Below are positions 25,930 to 40,502 of a stretch of 64,000 nucleotides of DNA, piece after piece. Position 1 is the stretch's first letter. The number at the start of each line of letters is the position of its first letter. The stretch is from Octopus sinensis (lineage: Eukaryota), in contig NC_043011.1 of the NCBI RefSeq assembly GCF_006345805.1, positions 20,906,464-20,970,463 of the forward strand, written 5' to 3'. The notes below the pieces were generated by a model. The model was not told the origin of the DNA and did no database searches. It saw only the letters and a program-made list of their open reading frames with translations. Position numbers and translations under genes: made by a program.

Positions 25930-26468
25930 CTTAGGCAAGTGTCTTCTACTATAGTCTTAGGCCAATCAGAGCCTTGTGAGTGAATTTAGTAGACAGAAAC
26001 TGAGATAGGCGGCGAGCTGGCAGAAACGTTAGCACACCGGGCAAAATATCTTAGCGGTATTTCGTCTGCCGTTACGTTCTGAGTTCAAATTCCGCTGAGG
26101 TTGACTTAGCCTTTCATCCTTTCAGGGTTGATAAATTAAGTACCAGTTACGCACTGGGGTCGATGTAATCAACTTAATCCGTTTGTTTATCCTTGTTTGT
26201 CCCCTCTATGTTTAGCCCCTTGTGGGCAATAAAGAAATAAGAAACTGAAAAAAGCCCATTGTGTGTTGTGTGTTAGTCCCCCACCACCACTTGACAACCA
26301 GTGCTGGTGTAGTTATGCCTCCATAATTTAGTGGTTCAGCAAAAAGAGACTGATAGAATAAGTAGCAGGCTTTAAAAAAATAAGTATTGGAGTCAATAAA
26401 TTCAACTAAAAATTCTTCAAGGCAGGTGCCCCAGCATGGCTGCAGTCTAATGACTGAAACAGGTAAAA
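25930..26468 (+). mobile_element. SINE family A (5'-truncated) with a nested family B SINE at about 26006-26238
   Basis: Family A sequence is interrupted after AGAAACTGA by a complete family B copy and resumes with AGAAACTGA (duplicated target site). Confidence 0.75.
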
Positions 26469-26469
26469 G

Positions 26470-26510
<41 letters not shown>

Positions 26511-27634
26511 TGCCAAGCAAAATTGCAGTCATGGCAGATACTGGTGTCATGCAAATTGGCACCCGTGCTAGTTGCTTGTAAACACACCTCGGTGTCATGC
26601 AAATGGCATCCATGCTGGTGGCACGTAAAAGCACCCATTTCACTCTCAGAGTGGCTGGCGTTAAGAAGGGCATCCAGCCATAGAAAACCATGCCAAATCA
26701 AACTGGAATCTGGTGCAGCTTTCCAGCATGCCAGGCCAGTCAAACCATCCAGCTCATGCCAGCATGGACAACGAACGTTAAATGATGATGATGATGATGA
26801 TACACACACACACACACACACACAGAGTCAGACACACTTACATACATAGTGACAGATACATGCACAGCATGCACAGACAGACACAAACACATATGCACAG
26901 ACAGACACAAACGTATATGTACACGCAAACATACAAACAGACAATGTGTGATGATGTCATATTTAAAACAAGTAAAGACTTAAGTTGGAAACCTTTCATT
27001 AATTATCTACTTAACAACTTGCCAAGAAGGTCAGAATGGATGTCACACCTATCCCAAATTTCACTCCATCTCCAACCCCAACCCACCACCCTACTTCAAA
27101 AGTAGAATTACAACTGTTTACATTATATGGAATTTTGTTTTCTATTTTAATTCCATTTACATCTGCTATGAATTACAAAAAACTCTTGAGTTGATCCTAG
27201 TACTTGACTGGTACTTTTATGCAGCTGTCTCTGGAAGAATGAAAGGCTAAGTTGACCTTGTTCAGATTTCAATTCACAATGTAAAAAGCTTGTAAATAAC
27301 CTGTATTTTGTACAAGAGGAATAGAGATCGGCTAATGCACAAAAGAAATAGAAAGCAGTATCGTTGTTACATTGAATACAGAAGTAAAAAGATGACATAC
27401 TAATCCTTTTGTAATAGGAGTACACAGTGTAGCATAAGGCAAATAGTAATCACAATTCACTGGTCAAAATCTCCAAGCTGTATCGAAAGAGTAACTGCAA
27501 AGCATTCATAGGGGTGGTGTCCATGGTTGCGTAATCAGCAAATGAAAGATTCACTATGACTCAAGTTCCCAATTTGAATTCATAATAATGGAATTGGATG
27601 GCGACTGAGTCATGAGAATCTTCAAAAGCAACAT

Positions 27635-27669
<35 letters not shown>

Positions 27670-30151
27670 AGAGAGGGAGAGAGAAAGAGAGAGGGAGAGA
27701 GAGGTTAAAAAATTAACTTTTATCATCATGGGATCCCAAGTTCAATTACTCTGTGCGGCACTTTGAGCTTAGGGGTCAACCTAAGCTTTATCAGCAAAAC
27801 TCAGAAACCGTGCGGAAACCTTGTCACACCCTTTGACAAGGCTGATTCTGCCTGAAGATTATGTAAACGATATGAGTATCTATGGTATATTCAGCCACTT
27901 ATGCAATAATTCGATGAACAACTAGAATACTCATTGTCCAAATCTTTTACTCATTTCAGTCATTGGATTGCAGCCACGTTGGGGCACTTTCGAGGGTTTT
28001 AGTCAAACAGATGGATCCCAGTAATTATTTTTAAAGTTTGGTACTTACTCTATCAGTCTCTATTGACAAACCACTAAGTTACAGGGATATAAACAAAGCA
28101 ATAATTGCTATCAAATGGGAAGAGCATGATCACACACACAAACACATACGATGGACTTCCACAGTTTCCATCAACCAAATTCATTAACAAGGCATTGGCT
28201 GGCCTGATACAGTAGTAGAAGACACTTGCCCCCAAGGTCCCATGCAGTGGAATTGAACCTGAAATGGCACGGTTGCAAGGCAAGCTTCTTAACCACACAG
28301 CCATGCTTGCGCTTACTTAATGTTCTTACTTCTTATTTTATTTAAGATGTAAAAGCGGAGACAAGAACTAAATAAATAATGCAAATTAATAAATAAGGCT
28401 TATAAAGAACCTAGAAATAAGAACTAAACAAATAATACAAATTGATACATAAGGTTTATAAAGAACCTATCTTAAAACAGCAGGATTAAGTAGTAAAGTA
28501 GTTGTTATTGTTAAGCAAATCCTAATCAAGTCTGATTGAGCAGCTGGCATAAGAGATATCATTCAGAAAAAAAACACTATCAATAATAAACTAACGAAGT
28601 AGTACCTGCAATAGTCAGTGTGAACCTGTTAATCACATGGCTAAATATCCCTCAACAACCTCTTTCTCTAATCTGTAATAAAATGGATCTAAACATCAGA
28701 TAAACTTCTCGGCATAATAAGCCTAACTGTTGGGCACAGCTTGATGAAATGATGACATTTGATTCTCACTGACATCCTATTATGTGTGTGTTGGTAGGGC
28801 CTGTAAGATTGTGCCAAAAGTTTGATCAGTTCTGTTCAATCATAGTTTAGCTAGGGTCAAAAAAATAACAAAAATTTACCCCTCACTAAATAAATGCCTT
28901 TGCTTTCTTACTTGTCATTGGTCAGATTTTTCCTTTTTTTTTTCTTTTCGCTTTTTTTTCTGTCTTATTTGTTTACTGTCTTCCATAATTTGCTAACTGG
29001 AACGGACCCAGTGAATTTCCTGCTGTGATTCACACCACCCGTTTCGTCTTATCATTTAATCAGGAAGAAAGGCAATGTCCATAACACTTTACTGGGCTTT
29101 TGAAACTATGGCAAGAGAAGGAGCAAAGTTTCCCCAAACTGGAAACCAAGCTTAAATGCTTGCAAATGAGTGAACTTCATTAAAGGCACCCAAGGGTCAG
29201 GTGCAGTGTTAAACTGAGCACAAAATTAACTCTTTAGCATTTATAAAACCCCTTCAGTCATGAATAACCATGGGATTGAAACTAGAAAGTTCCCCTCCGA
29301 GGCACAAGTCTGGGCAAGGTTGTTTATGGAAAAGCAGCAGTAATTCATGCATACCAGCCTCCCTTCTTCACACCACCAATGTTATCCAAGAGAAAGGCAA
29401 AGACTGATGCAGTTTGGCACCAGTGACATAACAACTCATTTCTACAGCTGAGTGAACTTGGAGCAACATGAAATAAAGTGTCTGGCTCAAGAACACAACA
29501 TACACCCCAGTCCAGGAAATGAACACACTATCTCATGATTGTGAACCCAACACTCTTAACTACTGAGTCATGTGCCTTAAACTGACCATATCCAACCCAA
29601 ATATTCTTTCTACCTGTTTTATGTTTAAACCAATCCCATCTGGCCTTTCACATCAACCCAACAATCTCATTCTAAAAGTAAATGATGATCATCAAAATCT
29701 TGAAGCTACAAGATAATAAATGATTAATTCAAAACAATGTGAATAAAGTAAGTATGACATTTGACGGGATGATCTAAATGCTAAAGGGTTAAATCTACTA
29801 TCCAAGAAAGCCTCAGCAAGATCTGAACTGAAAATGCAAAATGATGCTTTAACAATTCTATCAGTCTACAGCCCTAAACTGGTATACTTATTTTTCAACT
29901 CCAGACGAATGAAAGGAAAAGCTGACGTTAGTAGGATTAGAACTCAGAATGCAAGGACCTATAATAAATACTGTAAGGCATTTCATATGATGTTCTAATG
30001 CTTCTGCCACACCAAAACATGTCACAATACATTATATGTAGTTCTTCATTTTGAAGGATGTATCTCTAATGATTCTGTAATAAAACTGACCATCGGCTTT
30101 TCAAATTCTGTCAAAGCTCCCTGCTGGCTTAGTGACTAATGTAAGTACATC

Positions 30152-30565
30152 GGATCTTTTCAGTTTGAACGGCAGTATTTTCTAGTGGTGTCATATGAAA
30201 TTGTCACCCATAATTATGACCCTAGTATCCGATGAATTGCATTTCAATCCGTTTTAGGGTTAGGGATAGGGGGAAGGGTATCTTTATTCTTCAGAAATGT
30301 AAATAAACCCAATCTGTTTCTTAAATGAGGGACATATTCATACGGCACAAAATGTTTTTATCTCAATGGACGTCAGTGATTGGTTGAAATTGCAGAAATT
30401 GAAGAAAAAAAACAACAACAAATATCTTACAAACTATAGATTTTTCTCAATAAAGCCAAGAGAAAAAGATGTTTTATAAATACATTCTACCAGTATACGA
30501 AGTTTAAAAGTGTTTAGTTATGTGGAAATTATTTTTAAAAACTGCCGTTCAAACCGAAAAGATCC
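30152..30565. mobile_element. MITE with GGATC termini and 8-bp TSD (Merlin-like by TSD length and GG ends; superfamily unproven)
   Basis: About 24-bp TIRs GGATCTTTTCAGTTTGAACGGCAG / CTGCCGTTCAAACCGAAAAGATCC; TSD AGTACATC at 30144-30151 and 30566-30573. Confidence 0.85.
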
Positions 30566-31212
30566 AGTACATCTACATAAGCAATATATAGGCAATAATT
30601 TTCTTATTCAATCAAAATGATTAGTCTCAAAAAAAGCTGGTTTATAAATTTCTATTTAGTCACAGTGATTAATAAAAACAAAGTTTGTTATTAACTAATC
30701 AAATGCACAATTATGACAGTGAAAGCAAGACATACCTGCAATATTGGGTCTTACAAAGAGTTTGTCAGACCATCCTGTCTATGTCAGGTTGTGTGTTCTT
30801 GAGTTTAACAAAAGTACTTATTTAAATAAGGTATGCTAGACAAATACTTCTGCACTATTTATATCTACTTATTCTGCACATTTTCTGCACTATTTATAAA
30901 CACTTTGGGTTTGTTTGTGTTTGTGTGTAACACACATATACACATCTAGATATATATATATAAATATATATAGCGTTATACTAATACATCTGTTTGTTTT
31001 GTACACCACCTGTCTTTGTCTTTTGTTTTTTTCATAAACTCTCCCTATATATATATATACTCAAGGATATATAGTCACAGACACACACATATATATACTC
31101 AGATATATACACACATATACACACACACACCGCCATGTTGAACCACTGAACTCTACACAGTTTTTCTCTCTCCGTTTTTTTTTTTATTCTCTCCAATTAT
31201 TTCGTTTAATTC

Positions 31213-31248
31213 CTTTCTGTCGAAGAGCATTGGCTCAAAAGGTAAAAG
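31213..31248 (+). ncRNA. Degenerate hammerhead-like motif, same family
   Basis: CUUU-CUGUCGA-A-GAGC(AUUG)GCUC-AAAA-GG-UA|AAAG. G12 and stem III are mutated, so it is likely dead. Confidence 0.3.
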
Positions 31249-31344
31249 ACTTTGCTATTTTTCCCAAGTGTTAAACTAATACACCTGCTTGTTGTTCCAA
31301 CACCTGGCTTTGTCTTTTGTCTTTCTATAAATTTGAACTATATA

Positions 31345-31960
<616 letters not shown>

Positions 31961-32196
31961 TTTCACAACAATCACATAATGTGAAAACGAAGAAACACAA
32001 ACATACACATAGTCACATATACACATGAATATTCTGTATATATATGCATGCATGGAAGATGGACGTCAAATGATATATATATATATATATATATAATTAA
32101 TCAATATAGGGTGGCAAAAAATTTTGTAGAATTTTTTTGCCACCAGCGGCCTAGTGGGAAAAAATTAAATAGTCATAGACCATTTTTAAGTTCAAC

Positions 32197-32376
32197 ATCA
32201 ACAATCAAGGAACGGCCATAATAGGCCATTCACCCACTAGAAATAACAGCCAAAGCTTCAACCGCAAATCCCACTAGAATAAACCAGCCAAAGCTTCAAC
32301 CGCAATTTGCGGTTGAAGCTTGGCTGTTATTTCTAGTGGGTGAATGGCCTATTATGGCCGTTCCTTGATTGTTGAT
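32197..32376. repeat. Fold-back palindrome with small apical duplication
   Basis: Arms of about 72 bp (32197-32269 / 32305-32376); 32270-32305 repeats part of the left arm. Confidence 0.9.
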
Positions 32377-32379
32377 ATA

Positions 32380-32414
<35 letters not shown>

Positions 32415-33930
32415 ACGGTGAGGTTTTCTCAGTTTCCATCTTCCAAATCCACTCAAAAGAGTTTGGTTAGCTCAGGAATATAGTAGTACAAGACACTTGC
32501 TCAAGGAGCCACAAAGTGAGACTGAACCTGAAACCATGTGGTTGGAAAGCAAACTTAACCACACAGCTGTACCTGTACCTACATGTTTTATAAAATACAC
32601 TCATCATTGCCATACAATGCTCAATACTCTCTCTCACTAATGAAGTTTAAGATGACTTATGTATAATCCTTGCAATGAAGATAGTAAGTATCTAAGAAAA
32701 CCAAACAATATTTTCGTTAATACAATAGTTAATAAGATTATAATTTTTTTGACAATGTAGATGTAAATGATAAAATATTTAATATCTGAGGATGAATTTA
32801 ATAAAGATTGGTTTCATTTCAGATTGTTGTTACTGGTCATCTGTTGAATACTTTCAGTTTAAAAATAATGGCTCCTCATCTGGTACTATGTACATATCCA
32901 GGAATAAGGTACCTGATGACAAGTATGAGACAACTGATTTTTATAAAATAAATACTGTGTATGAACAGGACAAGTTCACTTAGCAGTCACAAGTTACTGG
33001 GGTTCAATTGTATTGAGTGGCATCTTGGGCAAGTGTTTTTTTTGCTTTTTTTTTTTTTTTTACCTAAGACTTAGGTTTAGAAATAGTGTGGCAACCCATC
33101 AGAATGACTCATCACCATCACCACCATTTCACGTTTGTTCTCCATACTGGCATGGGTTGGACAGTTTAACAGGAGCTGACAATCCAGAGAGTTGCACCAG
33201 GTTTCAATCTCTCCTCTGGTATGATTTCTACAGCTGAATGACCTTTCCAATGCTAATCACTTTACAGGGTACTCTGATTGCTTTTTACATGGCACCAGCA
33301 CTAGTGATCCCAACAAGTAACCCTCAAGGCAAGACCCTTTCAAAGATCCAACTTTATTACAGATCATCTTACTAATTCTGTCAAATCAACATCAGATGAC
33401 GAAACAATGTTGATATAAACATTGAAAAAGACTTTACATCACTAAAAGTGAAATAAATTGCCTAAAAAAATTCATAATCTCATTAGCAACAACTCATCTC
33501 AGATATTTATGCATTTAACATAATAGTTTTCAATATTGACAACCAGAACACTAAAATGTTACACAAAGCTGTTTCTGCATTGATAAACATGTCACACTAA
33601 ATACTGCCACCAACAGGGTTTTGCAGTTCTATTCAAACTTAACATATCCCCATGGCAAATTGCATGTAATTAGCAAAATGAGTTCATAATAGTTGAGGTC
33701 ACAATTTTCAGTCCTAACCAATGGAATTGCAATATTCTTCTCAAACAAGGCACATTACTCTGTTTGATAAAACTGCAATTGACTTAGCAGAAAATATTGA
33801 CCATTCCTCGTCTTTTAACAGTGAAGCAGTAGACTGTTTATAGAAATGCCAGATTTATAAAGATGGAGAAGTTGCAGAATACACCAAAATAATGAAAATA
33901 ATAATGAGACAATTTATATACAATGCTTAC

Positions 33931-34003
33931 AGCTGGTCAATCAGGAAATAATGTTCTGATAAATGTAACCAGTTTACCCCCAAAGCGATCTTCAAATGGA
34001 AAG
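33931..34003 (-). CDS. Candidate exon (73 nt, phase 1-2)
   Basis: Poly-T acceptor ...TTTGAG|, donor |GTAAGC; open frame FHLKIALGVNWLHLSEHYFLIDQL. Confidence 0.18.
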
Positions 34004-34473
34004 CTCAAAAAAAAAAAAAAATTAAAAAAAGCTTGCTGTTCAAATAAGGTAATTAATAAAAAATAAGGTGGTATAATTTCAGATTTCAACCACCATGATG
34101 AAGTTAACTGAAACAGCTGAACACTAGAATAGATGTTGTACTGTAGCTAGCTGACTAATATGCCTTTTCAGAATTTTAACCTTCACAGCAGTGTGCTTTA
34201 CACGTCGTTGTGTGTGGGGAAAATAGAGGTACAGTGGGCACAGGTATGAACAGTTGGTAAGGAATTTCATTCAGCAATCATTGTGGTTCCGGGTTTGATC
34301 CCACTGTGCAGGATCATGACTCATTGTTTCCTACTGTAACTTCAGATTGATTCGTGTCTTGTGAGTAGTATTTGGAAGAGGGGAAACTATGTAAAAGCCT
34401 ACTGCACATGTGTACACACACACACAGGTACTTACGATTCTATTCTTTTGTGAACATGCCCATATATACATAC

Positions 34474-34508
<35 letters not shown>

Positions 34509-34691
34509 CTATACATTTATATATACTATTATATATTATACATATATATACATATATATATACATATACATATATAATATATATATATACATATACATAT
34601 ACATATATATATATACATATACATATATACATATATATATATACATATATATACATATAAACATATATATCATATATATATATATATATAT

Positions 34692-34928
34692 ATTTCTATT
34701 TCTTTACTACCCACAGGGGGCTAAACACAGAGAGGACAAACAAGGACAGACAAACGGATTAAGTCGATTATATCGACCCCAGTGCATAACTGGTACTTAT
34801 TTTATCGACCCCGAAAGGATAAAAGGCAAAGTCGACCTTAGCGGAATTTGAACTCAGAATGTAACGGCAGACGAAATACGGCTACGCATTTCACCCGGCG
34901 TGCTAACGTTTCTGCCAGCTAGCTGCCT
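34692..34928 (-). mobile_element. SINE family B copy
   Basis: Reverse-complement monomer abutting a (TA)n tract. Confidence 0.8.
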
Positions 34929-35856
34929 TATTAGCCACATTAAGATGATGCTTTTTATGTGCTACCAGCATGGGAGCCAGTCAGAGGGCACTGGCCACAG
35001 CTACAATATTGGTTTTACTTGACTCAACAGGTCTTCTCAAGCATATCATATCGCCCAACGCATCAGGAGTACTCTTAACTGGGCTAGACAATGTTAGATA
35101 TATCATTTTGAGTTGAAATGTAAACTGTATACGTTTATACAATTGTACGTATATTTCACTATTTATTAAAAGATTAAGAGGAATATGTATGTATTTCATT
35201 TGGTTTAATCCCTTTATATACAGTTTTCAGCAAGTAATTAACTATAAAACTGAACATTTATCACTGCAGATTTTGCATGGGTGTTTACTTGTTGAAGAAA
35301 TAAATCTTGCTATCAGTCAATTCCAAAAGAGAAAAATGGTTAACAGAGTAAGCATTACAAAGTATTACACTACTCCTTCATAATCCACTATAACATTTCA
35401 TAAAAGCTGTAAATATTGCTTCATAGTATTTCTTGGTGAAACACTCAATATTACATGCTTGAAATTCTACTACCTTCCAAGGACAGGTAACACATCATCA
35501 TCATAGTTTAATGTCTGCTTTCCATGCTGGCAGGAGCTGGCCAGGCAGAAGTCTGCACTAGATTTCTGTGACTGTTTTGGCAGGATTTTTACAGCTGGAT
35601 GCCCTGCCTAACCACTCAGCAGAGTGGACTTCCTACTTTTTATGTGGTACAAACACAGGCAAGGTCAGTTTTGGCAAGGTTTTTACAACTAGATGTCCTT
35701 CCAAACACCAACTGCTTTACAGTGTGGACTAGATGCTTTTTAAGTGGCACCTGCACTGAAAAGGGTCACCAAGTAACTTGCAAGACAAAAATCTTTCATA
35801 TGGTAACGGATTTTGAATACAAACATTGTAGATCTGAAGTTGGGATGATACACAAG

Positions 35857-35980
35857 ATCAGAGGTTCTCAACCATTTTTTTAATCTATGGACCCCTTTGA
35901 TTACTATTCTATTCTGATGGGCCCCCACAGCTATTCAATGTTTAAAAACTAGTTTTACGGCTACTTTTTCAAAATTCCTG
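35857..35980. mobile_element. hAT (Charlie-like) MITE left end
   Basis: CAGAGGTTCTCAACC... terminus. Similar ends at about 36730 and 62898; a right end ...TTTAAAACTACTG at about 38058. Confidence 0.45.
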
Positions 35981-36864
35981 GAAAAGTTACTCATTCAAAA
36001 GTTCATATACATTCTAAGTTGTTTCCATAAAAAGGGTCAGTTAGAGTCAACTGAATGATTAGCATGATGAAATCACAGATACACTCCAGTCTCTAGATCA
36101 AAGGCATGCTGTCCCCTCTCTCTTTATGTTTTTTTTTTTAGCATTACCACAGTGCCTTTTGCTCCTTGGAGCTTATTGGGATCTGTGCCACCTCCAAACC
36201 AGGCATTCCTGACCCACTGATCTCTCCTCATCTCAGCCCCCACCCAGCCCTACACAACATCCAGTTCTTTCTTAGAATGTTGGCCCTCTAGAACTCATTC
36301 CCTGTGCATGTCTTTCCTATAGGTGTTGACTCACAATTGATGACATCAATGTCAACTGTCTCAGAGAGCCTGTGAAGGTCATGGGCACTACTTCCTCTCG
36401 AAAAAAAAAGCCTTTCAAGGATAGATAACAAGATATTTTGATATAGTTACCTCTGTCTAGTACAGAGGTATGCAGCTTAGTGGTTAGGGTATTGGACTCA
36501 TGATCATAAGACTAAGGTTTCGATTCCTGAACCAGGCAACGCCTTGTGTTCTTCACCAAAACACTTTATTTCACGTTGCTCTAGTCCACTCAAATGGCAA
36601 AAACTAGTAATTCTGCAATGGACTGGCATCCTGTCCAGGTGCAGAATATATACACCATGAAATCAGGAAACCAGCTCTTGCGAGTCAGTACGACTCAAGA
36701 AGGTAACTTTACCCTTTTTGATTTTTATAGTAGTTCTCAACCATTTTTTTTTATTATTATGGACCCCTTAGATTCCTATTTTACTTACCAGGCCCTATGT
36801 TTTAAAAACCTATATTTTTATTAAATATTATTAGGATTGGTATACAAAAAAAAAAATTGCTAAA

Positions 36865-36964
36865 NNNNNNNNNNNNNNNNNNNNNNNNNNNNNNNNNNNN
36901 NNNNNNNNNNNNNNNNNNNNNNNNNNNNNNNNNNNNNNNNNNNNNNNNNNNNNNNNNNNNNNNN
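36865..36964. other. Assembly gap (100 N) flanked by an about 1-kb duplicated sequence
   Basis: About 35878-36864 is repeated at 36965-37955, differing mostly by homopolymer-length indels. Confidence 0.9.
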
Positions 36965-38467
36965 TTTAATCTATGACCCCTTTGATTACTATTTCTATTC
37001 TGATGGGCCCCACAGCTATTCAATGTTTTAAAAATAGTTTTCGGCTACTTTTTTACTTTTTCAAAATTCTGGAAAAGTTACTCATTCAAAAGTTCATATA
37101 CATTCTAAGTTGTTTCCATAAAAAGGGTCAGTTAGAGTCAACTGAATGATTAGCATGATGAAATCACAGATACACTCCAGTCTCTAGATCAAAGGCATGC
37201 TGTCCCCTCTCTCTTTATGTTTTTTTTTTTAGCATTACCACAGTGCCTTTTGCTCCTTGGAGCTTATTGGGATCTGTGCCACCTCCAAACCAGGCATTCC
37301 TGACCCACTGATCTCTCCTCATCTCAGCCCCCACCCAGCCCTACACAACATCCAGTTCTTTCTTAGAATGTTGGCCCTCTAGAACTCATTCCCTGTGCAT
37401 GTCTTTCCTATAGGTGTTGACTCCACTTGATGACACAATCAATGTCAACTGTCTCAGAGAGCCTGTAAGGTCCATGGGCACTACTTCCTCCGCGAAAAAA
37501 AAAGCCTTCAAGGATAGATAACAAGATATTTTGATATAGTTCCTCTGTCTAGTACAGGTATGCAGCTTAGTGGTTAGGGTATTGGACTCATGATCATAAG
37601 ACTAAGGTTTCGATTCCTGAACCAGGCAACGCCTTGTGTTCTTCACCAAAACACTTTATTCACACGTTGCTCTAGTCCACTCAAATGGCAAAAACTAGTA
37701 ATTCTGCAATGGACTGGCATCCTGTCCAGGCAAGAATATATACACCATAAATCAGGAACCAGCTCTTGCGAGTCAGTACGACTCAAGAAGGTAACTTTTA
37801 CCCTTTTTGATTTTTATAGTAGTTCTCAACCATTTTTTTTTATTATTATGGACCCCTTAGATTCCTATTTTACTCTACCAGGCCCTATGTTTTAAAAAAT
37901 CCTATATTTTTATTAAATATTATTAGGAATTGTATACAAAAAAAAAATTGCTAAAACATTCTGTGTATTGTAGAAGTATGAGCAACTTATTGCTCTATAG
38001 TTTAACAAAAACCTTATATGGAGCCCCAAGGGCCATATGGACTCTGATTTAAAACTACTGATCTATTGAGAACTACCGAACTATTGATGAAGACACATGG
38101 CTTACCAATTTGGGTGTTGCTCCCACGATCATAAGATCATTAATCCCATTTCCAAACAAACAAATTCATTGTGTCTTAGAACAAAAAAAAAAAATCAACT
38201 TGATTTACATCTTTCCAGAATTGTTAAATAGAAATAGAAATCTAGTACAGAGGCTTGTTCTCTCTTTCTCTCTCTCTCTCTCCCTATCTCTCTCTAAATT
38301 AACCACATTGCATTGTTACAAGAAGCATGGGAGATTACTTACAGAGTGCCTTTCTCCAATAATGGAAAGGAGTTGAGTGAGGAATTAAACAACCTGCACT
38401 CCCAGAAAATAGATAAGTTATTGAAACTGTCCAAGAACATCTGTGTGTACCACAGCACAGATCAATA

Positions 38468-38499
<32 letters not shown>

Positions 38500-38819
38500 G
38501 GTGCAGGAGTGGCTGTGTGGTAAATAGCTTGCTTACCAACCACATAGTTCTGGGTTCAGTCCCACTGCGTCGCACCTTGGGCAAAAGCCTTGTGAGTGGA
38601 TTTAGTAGACAGAAACTGAAAGAAGCTTGTCGTACATATGTGTGTATATGTATATATATATTAATATATATATATATATATAATAATAAATATTAGGAAT
38701 AAATCCAAATTGTAGTGGCGGTTTATTTTCTTATATTAAAAATTTTATGTATTGATTAAGTCTTTCCTTGTTTGTTTTGCAAAATAGTGGTTTTGTCTCG
38801 AATTAATATTATATATATA

Positions 38820-38850
<31 letters not shown>

Positions 38851-39097
38851 CTATATATATGTACATATCTATATATATATATGTATGTGTGAGGTGAGTG
38901 TGTGCTTGTGAATCTGTGTTTGTCCCCCCAGCATCGCTTGACAACCGATGCTAGTGTGTTTACGTCCCCGTAACTTAGCAGTTCAGCAAAAAAGACCGAT
39001 AGAATAAGTACTAGGCTTACAAAGAATAAGTCCTAGAGTCGATTTGCTCGACTGAAGGCAATGGCCACAGTCAAATGACTGAAACGAGTAAAAGAGT
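38500..39097 (+). mobile_element. SINE family A copy with AT-rich insertion in its central microsatellite
   Basis: Head at 38500; 3' half at about 38900-39097; unrelated AT-rich sequence at about 38690-38810. Confidence 0.75.
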
Positions 39098-39675
39098 AAT
39101 AATAATAATAATAAAAAACAATAGTCAAAATATGAAGAACAACCAGTCATGTACTGGGACTGATTCAATAAAGTATACCCCCTCTTACAATTATTTGGCC
39201 TTGTTCCAATGTGAGAAATCATTATTTCTTAATTGGGCAAAAGGCTAGTTTTTACGAAGGAATGTAGTCAATTGAATCAATCATAGCATATGACCAATAT
39301 CTTTTATTTTTATCAACCTTGCAGGGATAAAAGGCAAAACCTGGCTTTGGCAACATTTCAACTTGAACAATAAAATATGGAACCAGATCAAGTGAAGACT
39401 ATATTCCAATGATCTATTTATTGTTTTGGCTATATCTATCATCATTACAAATTTCTGATTTCAGTCTAAAAGGCATACAGCCAATTTTTAGAGGAGGGAT
39501 AAATTTGAGTAAATGAACCTCAGAATATTACTAGTGCAGGCAGATTTCAATTCATGGTGGAAATTAGTTTGAAGATATGTGACTTAACTATAAAAAAAAA
39601 AAAAATACAACATAATCTAAAACACTTTCAAAACTTTATGAGCTTATATCTGTTTTAATAAATGATTTATCTTCA

Positions 39676-40065
39676 TCTTTTATTTGTTTCAGTCATTTGA
39701 CTGTGGCCATGCTGGAGTACCGCCTTTAGTCAAGCAAATCGACCCCAGGACTTATTCTTTGTAAGCCTAGTACTTATTCTATCAGTCTCTTTTGCTGAAC
39801 CGCTAAGTTACGGGGACGTAAACACACCAGCATCGGTTGTCAAGTGATGTTGGGGGGGACAAACACAGACACACAAACATATACACACACATATATATAT
39901 ATACATATATGCAACAGGCTTCTTTCAGTTTCCATCTACCAAATCTACTCACAAGGCTCTGGTCGGCCCGACTCTATAGTAGAAGACACTTGCCTAAGGT
40001 GCCACGCAGTGGGACTGAACCCGGAACCATGTGGTTGGTAAGCAAGCTACTTACCACACAACCAC
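39676..40065 (-). mobile_element. SINE family A copy
   Basis: Full-length reverse-complement copy. Confidence 0.85.
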
Positions 40066-40083
40066 TAGACTGTGGAACCACTT

Positions 40084-40375
40084 TGAAGAATTTTTGTCAA
40101 ACCCCCAATGAGCAATCTGGAAGACCAGCCACAAGCATCACCCCGGAAATGTGGAAAAAATTCATCAGCTTGTGCATGAGGATCATCAGAAGATAATCAA
40201 CGACATTGCTGACGTTGTTGGTCTGTCACATGAGTCCAACAATTGGATTCTTCACGATGACAAGGCACCCGTCACCAAGCTCTCCTCACTTGTGAGTTTC
40301 TCACCAAAAATGGTATCAGTTCTACACTTGTCCTATTTGCCAGATTTAGCACCCGTAGACTTCCAGCTTGCCGAA
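40084..40375 (+). pseudogene. Mariner transposase remnant (internally deleted)
   Basis: (EQ)SGRPATSITPEN/VEKIHQLVHED...IADVVGLS and WILHDDKAP...VLHLSYLPDLAPVDFQL, degenerate forms of the GRP/HTH, W.lHhDNAp and YSPDLAP.DF motifs. Confidence 0.8.
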
Positions 40376-40457
40376 CCGCTAAGTTACGGGGATGTAAACA
40401 CACCAACATCGGTTGTCAAGCGATGTTGGGGGGACAAATACAGACACATAAACATAT

Positions 40458-40502
<45 letters not shown>

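Noticed and set aside
30254-30266. TTAGGG repeats as interstitial telomere
   Set aside because: Only two units, internal to a MITE; treated as part of the G4 finding instead.
34091-34120. ATGATGA-AGTTAACT-GAAACAGCTG hammerhead-like string
   Set aside because: C3 is missing and there is no U16.1/NUH triplet.
35878-37955. About 1-kb tandem duplication
   Set aside because: It straddles a 100-N gap and differs mainly by homopolymer indels, so it is most likely unmerged overlapping contig ends or haplotypes rather than biology.
38106-38174. Minus-strand exon-like segment with poly-T acceptor and GTAAGC donor
   Set aside because: All three frames contain stops; it cannot be supported as coding.
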